This document shows positions 1 to 11,669 of a stretch of DNA of 33,107 nt, piece after piece. Positions within the stretch are counted from its first letter, which is position 1. Each line of letters starts with the position of its first letter. The notes under the pieces were generated by a model. It was given only the letters and a program-made list of their open reading frames with translations. It ran no database searches and was not told where the DNA came from. This stretch comes from Nemertoderma westbladi (taxonomy: Eukaryota; Animalia; Xenacoelomorpha), in the NCBI GenBank assembly GCA_032718475.1, contig JAUCBJ010004114.1, forward strand, positions 1 through 33,107, given 5' to 3'. The position numbers and the translations under genes were made by a program.

Positions 1-13
1 ATATTGCTATTTT

Positions 14-70
14 CAAGGACTTCTAGAACATAGTATACATAGAATATATACTATGTTCTAGAAGTCCTTG
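14..70. repeat. Perfect 24-bp inverted repeat (hairpin) with 9-nt loop
   Basis: CAAGGACTTCTAGAACATAGTATA (14-37) is the reverse complement of 47-70. TTGCTATTTT occurs on both sides (4-13, 68-77). Confidence 0.85.
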
Positions 71-1400
71 CTATTTTTCACTAGTTTTTTCATCTCACTT
101 AGATATCTTTTATTTCAGGTGTCTGTCTACCTGTAATTTTTCACCAGTGACTAAATTTTATTTCGCAATTTTTCAGATAACAAAATATTCAACCGGGATC
201 GAACTCGAAACCTTTGTGTCATGCTACAATTCACTGCTCGCTCATTGTTCCATCCAACCCCTAGAGAAAAAGATATCAATTATTCGAGTTATAGCTGTTG
301 AATGCTAAGTAATAATTATTCAAGATACATCAAATATTCGAGTTCTGTTGAATGCCAAGTAATAATTATTCAAGATAGATTTATTCATCATAACTGGTTA
401 CAGATGTTTACAAATAGCTTGTGGTAGTAAAAATTATAAATTATTGTTCATTGAATTCTATACTATAGCATATGTCACCAACAAGATTCAATTATTCCAA
501 TGATTTCTGTAGCATAAAAAAATAATGCATATTAATTATTACCAAATTAATCTAACTAATAATAATAATATACTTGTTCTACATACAGTATCAGTACAAT
601 AATGACAGGTTAATTACGTTTGAATATAAGATGGAATGATAATTAATGTTTAGATGTAGGGTATTGATTGTTGTGAGTATGTGCTAGATATAGCAGTAAT
701 AGTGTTATTAGGTAAGTAACATTATGAAACAATGTCTCATGTATACACTGTAGTGTTGCAACTACAGTATGTGTAGGTAAGTCAATGTGTCAGTGTTAAT
801 ATAGTATATTACATTTTTTATAATATATTTCACAAAACTGTAGCCAGGTTGAGATATTATTTACGTTTTTGTAAGTGTAAAGTATTTTAAATTTGAAGGC
901 TTTAAAAAAATACTTTAATTTAATGAATGAGAAAAAGTTGTTTTGAGAATATGAAGCAGTGTTACAAACTAGATGTTATGAGTTGATATTGGTTCTACAG
1001 AGTGATGCTGGGTTTTAGCACTATTAATTTTACAATTTTTTTTTAATTCACTGGCATTGTTCTAGAACTTAATAGAAATGTGAGCTAGACATTGAAGCAC
1101 TATCTAAAGGTAGGTGTGACAATGTGTGAAATATATTTCATGTATTGTGATCAAGTGAGATATTGTTATGATTATGAAAGCTAGTATGTTTAGTTAATAA
1201 AATATTTATTAGGTTATGAAGCTGTTTCTCGTGTATATAAAGTAGTGTTGTAATATATAAGTAGGTAAATAGTTAGTGATATTATTATATATTTATTGTG
1301 AGAAATGAACCAGTGTTTAAGTCTTTAATAATGAATAAGGTGATATTGTAACTATAGAGTAATGCTTGGATCTTAACACATGTTATATTCTATGAATTTC

Positions 1401-4400
1401 ACCGACCGACCGACCGACCGACCGACCGACCGACCGACCGACCGACCGACCGACCGACCGACCGACCGACCGACCGACCGACCGACCGACCGACCGACCG
1501 ACCGACCGACCGACCGACCGACCGACCGACCGACCGACCGACCGACCGACCGACCGACCGACCGACCGACCGACCGACCGACCGACCGACCGACCGACCG
1601 ACCGACCGACCGACCGACCGACCGACCGACCGACCGACCGACCGACCGACCGACCGACCGACCGACCGACCGACCGACCGACCGACCGACCGACCGACCG
1701 ACCGACCGACCGACCGACCGACCGACCGACCGACCGACCGACCGACCGACCGACCGACCGACCGACCGACCGACCGACCGACCGACCGACCGACCGACCG
1801 ACCGACCGACCGACCGACCGACCGACCGACCGACCGACCGACCGACCGACCGACCGACCGACCGACCGACCGACCGACCGACCGACCGACCGACCGACCG
1901 ACCGACCGACCGACCGACCGACCGACCGACCGACCGACCGACCGACCGACCGACCGACCGACCGACCGACCGACCGACCGACCGACCGACCGACCGACCG
2001 ACCGACCGACCGACCGACCGACCGACCGACCGACCGACCGACCGACCGACCGACCGACCGACCGACCGACCGACCGACCGACCGACCGACCGACCGACCG
2101 ACCGACCGACCGACCGACCGACCGACCGACCGACCGACCGACCGACCGACCGACCGACCGACCGACCGACCGACCGACCGACCGACCGACCGACCGACCG
2201 ACCGACCGACCGACCGACCGACCGACCGACCGACCGACCGACCGACCGACCGACCGACCGACCGACCGACCGACCGACCGACCGACCGACCGACCGACCG
2301 ACCGACCGACCGACCGACCGACCGACCGACCGACCGACCGACCGACCGACCGACCGACCGACCGACCGACCGACCGACCGACCGACCGACCGACCGACCG
2401 ACCGACCGACCGACCGACCGACCGACCGACCGACCGACCGACCGACCGACCGACCGACCGACCGACCGACCGACCGACCGACCGACCGACCGACCGACCG
2501 ACCGACCGACCGACCGACCGACCGACCGACCGACCGACCGACCGACCGACCGACCGACCGACCGACCGACCGACCGACCGACCGACCGACCGACCGACCG
2601 ACCGACCGACCGACCGACCGACCGACCGACCGACCGACCGACCGACCGACCGACCGACCGACCGACCGACCGACCGACCGACCGACCGACCGACCGACCG
2701 ACCGACCGACCGACCGACCGACCGACCGACCGACCGACCGACCGACCGACCGACCGACCGACCGACCGACCGACCGACCGACCGACCGACCGACCGACCG
2801 ACCGACCGACCGACCGACCGACCGACCGACCGACCGACCGACCGACCGACCGACCGACCGACCGACCGACCGACCGACCGACCGACCGACCGACCGACCG
2901 ACCGACCGACCGACCGACCGACCGACCGACCGACCGACCGACCGACCGACCGACCGACCGACCGACCGACCGACCGACCGACCGACCGACCGACCGACCG
3001 ACCGACCGACCGACCGACCGACCGACCGACCGACCGACCGACCGACCGACCGACCGACCGACCGACCGACCGACCGACCGACCGACCGACCGACCGACCG
3101 ACCGACCGACCGACCGACCGACCGACCGACCGACCGACCGACCGACCGACCGACCGACCGACCGACCGACCGACCGACCGACCGACCGACCGACCGACCG
3201 ACCGACCGACCGACCGACCGACCGACCGACCGACCGACCGACCGACCGACCGACCGACCGACCGACCGACCGACCGACCGACCGACCGACCGACCGACCG
3301 ACCGACCGACCGACCGACCGACCGACCGACCGACCGACCGACCGACCGACCGACCGACCGACCGACCGACCGACCGACCGACCGACCGACCGACCGACCG
3401 ACCGACCGACCGACCGACCGACCGACCGACCGACCGACCGACCGACCGACCGACCGACCGACCGACCGACCGACCGACCGACCGACCGACCGACCGACCG
3501 ACCGACCGACCGACCGACCGACCGACCGACCGACCGACCGACCGACCGACCGACCGACCGACCGACCGACCGACCGACCGACCGACCGACCGACCGACCG
3601 ACCGACCGACCGACCGACCGACCGACCGACCGACCGACCGACCGACCGACCGACCGACCGACCGACCGACCGACCGACCGACCGACCGACCGACCGACCG
3701 ACCGACCGACCGACCGACCGACCGACCGACCGACCGACCGACCGACCGACCGACCGACCGACCGACCGACCGACCGACCGACCGACCGACCGACCGACCG
3801 ACCGACCGACCGACCGACCGACCGACCGACCGACCGACCGACCGACCGACCGACCGACCGACCGACCGACCGACCGACCGACCGACCGACCGACCGACCG
3901 ACCGACCGACCGACCGACCGACCGACCGACCGACCGACCGACCGACCGACCGACCGACCGACCGACCGACCGACCGACCGACCGACCGACCGACCGACCG
4001 ACCGACCGACCGACCGACCGACCGACCGACCGACCGACCGACCGACCGACCGACCGACCGACCGACCGACCGACCGACCGACCGACCGACCGACCGACCG
4101 ACCGACCGACCGACCGACCGACCGACCGACCGACCGACCGACCGACCGACCGACCGACCGACCGACCGACCGACCGACCGACCGACCGACCGACCGACCG
4201 ACCGACCGACCGACCGACCGACCGACCGACCGACCGACCGACCGACCGACCGACCGACCGACCGACCGACCGACCGACCGACCGACCGACCGACCGACCG
4301 ACCGACCGACCGACCGACCGACCGACCGACCGACCGACCGACCGACCGACCGACCGACCGACCGACCGACCGACCGACCGACCGACCGACCGACCGACCG

Positions 4401-5456
4401 ACCGACCGACCGACCGACCGACCGACCGACCGACCGACCGACCGACCGACCGACCGACCGACCGACCGACCGACCGACCGACCGACCGACCGACCGACCG
4501 ACCGACCGACCGACCGACCGACCGACCGACCGACCGACCGACCGACCGACCGACCGACCGACCGACCGACCGACCGACCGACCGACCGACCGACCGACCG
4601 ACCGACCGACCGACCGACCGACCGACCGACCGACCGACCGACCGACCGACCGACCGACCGACCGACCGACCGACCGACCGACCGACCGACCGACCGACCG
4701 ACCGACCGACCGACCGACCGACCGACCGACCGACCGACCGACCGACCGACCGACCGACCGACCGACCGACCGACCGACCGACCGACCGACCGACCGACCG
4801 ACCGACCGACCGACCGACCGACCGACCGACCGACCGACCGACCGACCGACCGACCGACCGACCGACCGACCGACCGACCGACCGACCGACCGACCGACCG
4901 ACCGACCGACCGACCGACCGACCGACCGACCGACCGACCGACCGACCGACCGACCGACCGACCGACCGACCGACCGACCGACCGACCGACCGACCGACCG
5001 ACCGACCGACCGACCGACCGACCGACCGACCGACCGACCGACCGACCGACCGACCGACCGACCGACCGACCGACCGACCGACCGACCGACCGACCGACCG
5101 ACCGACCGACCGACCGACCGACCGACCGACCGACCGACCGACCGACCGACCGACCGACCGACCGACCGACCGACCGACCGACCGACCGACCGACCGACCG
5201 ACCGACCGACCGACCGACCGACCGACCGACCGACCGACCGACCGACCGACCGACCGACCGACCGACCGACCGACCGACCGACCGACCGACCGACCGACCG
5301 ACCGACCGACCGACCGACCGACCGACCGACCGACCGACCGACCGACCGACCGACCGACCGACCGACCGACCGACCGACCGACCGACCGACCGACCGACCG
5401 ACCGACCGACCGACCGACCGACCGACCGACCGACCGACCGACCGACCGACCGACCG
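1401..5456. repeat. Perfect (ACCG)n tetranucleotide microsatellite, ~1014 units
   Basis: Uninterrupted ACCG run from 1401 to 5456 (4056 bp). Confidence 0.98.
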
Positions 5457-6467
5457 ACTGACCTGACTGACTGACTGACTGACTGACTGACTGACTGACT
5501 GACTGACTGACTGACTGACTGACTGACTGACTGACTGACTGACTGACTGACTGACTGACTGACTGACTGACTGACTGACTGACTGACTGACTGACTGACT
5601 GACTGACTGACTGACTGACTGACTGACTGACTGACTGACTGACTGACTGACTGACTGACTGACTGACTGACTGACTGACTGACTGACTGACTGACTGACT
5701 GACTGACTGACTGACTGACTGACTGACTGACTGACTGACTGACTGACTGACTGACTGACTGACTGACTGACTGACTGACTGACTGACTGACTGACTGACT
5801 GACTGACTGACTGACTGACTGACTGACTGACTGACTGACTGACTGACTGACTGACTGACTGACTGACTGACTGACTGACTGACTGACTGACTGACTGACT
5901 GACTGACTGACTGACTGACTGACTGACTGACTGACTGACTGACTGACTGACTGACTGACTGACTGACTGACTGACTGACTGACTGACTGACTGACTGACT
6001 GACTGACTGACTGACTGACTGACTGACTGACTGACTGACTGACTGACTGACTGACTGACTGACTGACTGACTGACTGACTGACTGACTGACTGACTGACT
6101 GACTGACTGACTGACTGACTGACTGACTGACTGACTGACTGACTGACTGACTGACTGACTGACTGACTGACTGACTGACTGACTGACTGACTGACTGACT
6201 GACTGACTGACTGACTGACTGACTGACTGACTGACTGACTGACTGACTGACTGACTGACTGACTGACTGACTGACTGACTGACTGACTGACTGACTGACT
6301 GACTGACTGACTGACTGACTGACTGACTGACTGACTGACTGACTGACTGACTGACTGACTGACTGACTGACTGACTGACTGACTGACTGACTGACTGACT
6401 GACTGACTGACTGACTGACTGACTGACTGACTGACTGACTGACTGACTGACTGACTGACTGACTGAC
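5457..6467. repeat. (ACTG/GACT)n microsatellite, ~250 units, fused to the ACCG array
   Basis: Junction ...accg actg acc tgac tgac..., then pure GACT to 6467. Confidence 0.98.
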
Positions 6468-6744
6468 ATAATAGTATATCTTTTTACAAGTTTATGTCCG
6501 ATCGGTAGAGCAACTGTATGGGGAAATTATCACAAAAATTTAGCAGCTCAACTCTTCCTATCCCCAGCGCAAATACCAGGGGGGGGGGGGGTGGGTCGAT
6601 CCCGTGTCACAGAACATGGAAAAACACGAAAATGCTTATCAGTCATTTATCAAATGCTTAGAAATAAACATATAAATATGTTTGTTGTTATGTTGATTTC
6701 ATACATATAAAGTGGACAGTCAAAGTGTTAAAAGTTGTAATAAA

Positions 6745-6925
6745 TTAGGACTTTAAGTTTGTTAAACCCGGCCAGTAAAAGCACTGCCTCACCCGGCCGA
6801 GTGTCTGTTCAATGCCTTGGTGGCTGGCTTGTAAATGCCGCAGCAGCGTGAAGGATGACGAGTCAATAGCCATAGAGAACAAGGACAGCATCATCTGTTG
6901 TATGTTCTTGGCGAACTGGCCAGTG
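6745..6925 (-). pseudogene. pol: Ty3/Gypsy pol fragment (RNaseH-integrase linker and integrase zinc-binding region)
   Basis: Minus strand reads HWPVRQEHTTDDAVLVLYGY*LVI and then, after a frameshift, LQASHQGIEQTLGRVRQCFYWPG. This matches the Gypsy pattern YW.VRDEL...DGL.L.G.RLVIP...LH.SHQGI..T..RAR..VYWPG. Confidence 0.8.
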
Positions 6926-7361
6926 GGTTTGATTACATAATAGCAGCATCTGTTGTAAGTTCTTCGCGAACTGGCCAGTGGGTTTGTTTTACATAATAGC
7001 AGCATCTGTTGTAAGTTATTAGCGAACTGGCCAGTGGGTATGATTATATAATTAATAGCAGCATCTGTTGTAAGTTCTTCGCGAACTGGCCAGTGGGTTT
7101 GATTACATAATAGCAGCATCTGTTGTAAGTTCTTGGCGAACTGGCCAGTGGTTTTGTTTACATAATAGCAGCATCTGTTGTAAGTTCTTCGCGAACTGGC
7201 CACTGGGTTTGATTACATAATAGCAGCATCTGTTGTAAGTTCTTGGCGAACTGGCCAGTGGGTTTGATTACATAATTGCAGCATCTGTTGTAAGTTCTTG
7301 GCGAACTGGCCAGTGGTTTTGTTTACAAAATAGCAGCATCTATTGTAAGTTCTTCGCGAAC
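6887..7361. repeat. 55-bp minisatellite, left part (~8-9 units)
   Basis: Unit TAGCAGCATCTGTTGTAAGTTCTT(G/C)GCGAACTGGCCAGTGGGTTTG(A/T)TTACATAA with period 55 (e.g. 7111 to 7166). Confidence 0.95.
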
Positions 7362-7916
7362 TGTTAGCTTATCCAATTCCGCTAACGACCCCATAAAGTG
7401 AGCCGTTAAGCAATATTGGGAACACGAGGTTGATTACCAATATCAACCTCGTGTCACCCCAATAAAGTGGGAAGGATAAACATACGCACAATAGGGGTCA
7501 GGGGTTACACCCCTGAAAGAGAGAGAATAGCAAGGGCGAAGGGAAGCACTTCAGGAGAGGTAAAAGGGCGACAACAGGGTTATTAGCCAATGGGGGGAAG
7601 GCACCGGCTGAGTAACGTAACTTGGCCAACCGTGCAATATATATTATCAGTACAGTAATCATTTCTTTCACTTGTAGTAAGTCAGCTTAGCTAGGGTAGT
7701 ACCGGAACTTCAATTACCGTCTTCGTATACCATCCGTGTATCCAATATCATATCTTATATTTTGTGTTATCATACTTTGTGCCTTATATTATATCCTATA
7801 CTATTATACCCGGAACTATATACAGCGATCAATAAACTCTCTTTAGCTTTCACACACGGCGGGGACGCGTAGATTGAAAACCGGATAAACCGGGATCCTC
7901 CATAGATCCCGTCACA
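7362..7916 (+). repeat. 5' LTR (555 bp)
   Basis: Starts TGTTAG and ends GTCACA. TATA-like AATATATATT at ~7636 and AATAAA at 7831. About 7 differences by eye from the 3' LTR over 494 aligned bp. Confidence 0.93.
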
Positions 7917-7925
7917 GTAATTGAA
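7917..7925 (+). promoter_or_regulatory. Non-tRNA primer-binding site candidate, complementary to LTR-internal 7709-7717
   Basis: GTAATTGAA directly abuts the LTR end, has no TGG, and is the exact reverse complement of TTCAATTAC at 7709-7717. Confidence 0.65.
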
Positions 7926-7997
7926 AGCCAAACTGCTGCCCTAGTTAAACGGTAACTAAAGACCAACAGCCCAAACTGACTGCCAGATACCAGCAAG

Positions 7998-10560
7998 ATG
8001 AGTCAAAAGGGAGAAACGACACCGCCGCGGACCCCGGACGGAGACCTGACGATCCGTGAGGCCGCGACCAGACGGTATAGACCCGCGACGCCGGACCCAT
8101 CGGTAACGGGCGATCCGGCAATCCAAGGTAAGGGGGGCTGTCTGCAACCGGAGAGCGAGTCGAGAGAAGGAGGAGACAAGAAGGGAGAAGAGAAAGACGA
8201 GTCGACGCGGAGCAAGGGTCGACGTACCGATGTCGCTGGCCAGCCACAGGCCGAGGGCGACGGACGGCCCACCGGAATGGCGACGGTGGGGCCGACGGTA
8301 CGACGCCGGACCTGGAGAGAAGGAGGAGATGTCGGCGATGAGGACGTCGGGGTCAGCGATCGACTTTGACGGGCCTACAACGCGACCCGGAAGCTGCTTA
8401 AAGAGGCCAAAGGAGGGGCGAAGATAGATGAGGTAAAGTTGAAGAAAAGACTACATGAGTCGAATGAACATTTCAAATACCTAATGCGCTTTGGACAGAG
8501 AGAACTAGCCGAGAACAGAGCGAGAGGGGTTGCCAGCGAACTGTCTGATCTATGGAAGTGTATGGGTATGCGGGCTAGTGTAGTGTACATAGGGCCATAC
8601 TTAGTCGATGCCCGGGGAATAAAATCAGTGGGTTGGAGGAGACCGCAGGAGGGCGAATCCGAGGTTAACCCTGAAGATTCGGTCTCGTCGGTCGGAGAAA
8701 GTTCCGGGAGGCGGGGGAAAGTTAGTAGGATGGGAAGACGGAGGGAATCCGTCACAACCGATAAGGCTGCTACATCCTCCGCAAAAGGAAGACAGGTGGC
8801 GGCAATAAATCTGGCGTGCGAACTCGATCTGGCGGCGCAGAGTCAGAGAGAATTCGAGAGACGGTTAGAGGAAGTGAGCGCGCTATTAGAGAAGGAGAAA
8901 GAACTAGTTAGAGAAAATAGAGAGAAAGCTGAGAAGGTCGCGAGAAGCTTTAGGGAGCGTGAGGCGAGAGAGCAAAGTGAGCGCAAGGAGCGTGAGGCGA
9001 GAGAGCAAAGTGAGCGCAAGGAGCGTGAGGCGAGAGAAACAGAGTTAATGAAACAGAATTTGCAAGAGGATACAGAGAGAGAGAGAACGGGAAAGCGTGT
9101 GCGGGATGGTATACATACAGGCCCAGATAAGCGAACTTATTGAGTATCAAACCAGAAAGAAACACAAACTGAAAATGGCGCAGATGGGGTTGTCAGAGAG
9201 TGACGCTGGCTCGAGTGCTCTCGAAGAGCCAAGGGCCGTGGATACATTTATTAATACCCCACGTACAGGGACCGCACGACAGACCCGAGTCTGGTATGAC
9301 CGTACGGGCGGGGGGGGGGGGGGGGGGGGTGGGGTAATAATAATAATACAGTAGACGACGTTAATATTAATAGTACCGTATTGGATAATTCTAACCAAAC
9401 CTTTATTCCAGGAAATACTTTACCTAGTAGTAGTAATTTAAACTTAAATACAAATAATCCAAATAATTTAAATAATAGTACGAATTCGAATTTACAAATT
9501 AATCCAAATAATTTAAATAATGATCCAAATCCGAATTTGCAAAATAATTCAAATAATGTACCCACGCAAAATAATTCAAATAATCTTATCTCGAACGAAC
9601 AAAATAATTCTGTTTCTAATTTTGGTGCACAAAATGATTTAGGTGAACTAGGGGACCAAATTGGTTTAACAGGCGACAATCACAGTGGTGCTATTAATGT
9701 GAACGTGTCGGACGTACGCAACCCGGCAGACGGGGGCCTGGTAGGCCACGTAGTTGGTAGGCAGGAGGTGGCGGGGTTGAGCCAACCCGAGGTGGGCCTG
9801 GTAGGCCACGCAGTAGTAGAGAGAGAGGCGGGGGTGAATAGACCCAGCCTTAGTAGAGACAGTGCGTCGACTAGAGAAGGGTGTAGAGGTGAAGTAGGAG
9901 ATGGTGAAGTTAGATGCGGTAGGTGGGGGGGGGGGGGCTACGGGCGCCCCACCACGACAGATTAGTAGCGAGGGGGGTGGGCAGAGAGTGTCCCGCAGGC
10001 GTCGGCGGATAATGTGCGGGCCGAGCTAGGTAAACCGCAACACCCGGCGACGGAGAGTAATAGGGGGATTGCGAGTATCCCCAGCGGCGTGCGATCGAGC
10101 AGAGAGAGGCAGGTTGACGTCGCGAGAGGGCGGACAAAGCGTCGAGCCCGATCAGAAGAGGAAAGAAGAACAGTGGAGTTTAACCGGGAGATGGACGAGA
10201 GATCTCACGAGCGGGAATACTGCACTGAAAAGCGGAAGAGAAGAAGAGAAAAGAAGAAGAGAAGATAGTAGAAAAGGTGTCGCCGCAAACGATAGGAGTG
10301 CGAGGACGGATAGCGGACCGTCGATAGTAGAGATGGAGTTACGGAGTCAGTGGGGTCGAACTTCGGGAGATTGCCGTCGCCCCGGAGAAACGCACCACAC
10401 GCCAAGAGAGGGGTACAGGACGTACCGATACAAAGTCGAGAACAGGAGAGGGGATCGAAGAGAAGCTTCCCGACGGGATATAGCTGCCGATCGAGAGTGC
10501 GGTAGTCGCGGCGAGATTTGAGATTCGCGAAGATTAAACTTCGGTTCGAAAGGGCACTTG
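7998..10560 (+). pseudogene. gag: gag-like N-terminal region, frameshifted and 3'-truncated
   Basis: First ATG after the 5' LTR. Broken ORFs contain a PEDSVS motif (typical of BEL gag N-termini), an E/R coiled coil with 33-bp repeats (EREAREQSERK), and N-rich and R-rich segments. The start MSQKGETTPPRTPD resembles the ORF start after the 27815 LTR. Confidence 0.65.
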
Positions 10561-11669
10561 CAGACAGCAGGACATACTGTAGGCCTTACTGCACATTAGG
10601 GCGGTGCGTTTATTACTTTTTTTCGATTTCATTGTTCTACCGGTGCACAAAAGTTGCCAAATGGTAAAAAAATAAGGCAAAAAAAATTTCATTAAATTTC
10701 GTCTATATCTTCACGGATCCCAAGAGGGTTGAAATTTTGAGCCATCACGATTCACCATAATGAAATTTATAACAATATAACACATTGATGAAAGATCAAT
10801 GACTCAAAAAAGAACTTCCTGCATGCATCAAATGTCATCAAATGGGTCCAAACTTAGTTAGATACCAAAATTTTAATTTTTGGATTAAGGGAAGTAGTGC
10901 CACAGGCACATGACCAGAACCTACTCTTTGGCGCAAGTGATGATTATTCTCAATTTGGGTGATGGACAACTTTTAGTTCTCCTACGGCATTAATATTATG
11001 CTCATTAGAACCGCAATGACCGATTTAGTGGGGGTAGACACCATCAAAACAAGCATAGAGCGAATAGTTCTTAAGATATTACAGAAAATGTTAAGTACCC
11101 CTGCAAACCACCAACGTTAATCTAACGTTGGGTTTATGTTAGACATTCGTTAAAAAATGATAGTTAGAATTTAACCATAAACCTACGTTAAAATACGTTA
11201 GAATTCTGTCAATTTTTAACGTTAATTTTTTACAGTAATTATACGTCAAAAATTTACAAATATCGGACATTTCCAAATTTTTTAACGTTGATTTAACGTT
11301 AATTTTTAACGTTCATTATTAACGTTAATTTAGCATTAAAATACATCAGATTTTAACGATGATTAGTGAATCACTTAACTGATTCATCAATGGATAACAT
11401 GTCTAGCTGACCATCCGCTGACTTTGTTCATTTCTTATTTTGTTAAATTTTTATGATACTTGTGTAACTTTTTAAATATTATTTTTAAATATTTGCCTTA
11501 CTAGTCAGCATCTGTGTACCAGTACCAAGCGTACAGTATAAAAGTACAGTAAGTAAGCGTACGGTAGAAAAAGGGTGGAAAGAAGGATCTAGAAGATGCT
11601 AGTGGGGCTGCAGCCGATAGCGAAGATGAATGAATATTATATATCGATAAAAACTTGGCCCTAATTACT

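Noticed and set aside
190-250. B-box-like GAGTTCGATCCC on the minus strand (tRNA gene?)
   Set aside because: No cloverleaf can be built; at most a decayed SINE head.
277-378. ~50-bp tandem duplication, and loosely similar blocks at ~700-1020 versus ~1200-1370
   Set aside because: Ordinary local duplications in AT-rich DNA with no further structure.
1373-6469. 1698-aa and 1364-aa ORFs (SVSQ/SVGR/TDRP repeats)
   Set aside because: Artefacts of translating stop-free tetranucleotide repeats; no coding evidence.
6887-7361. CRISPR-like appearance of the 55-bp array (also 27037-27814 and the 31-bp array at 11670)
   Set aside because: Head-to-tail units with no unique spacers, no cas genes, and a eukaryotic TE context.
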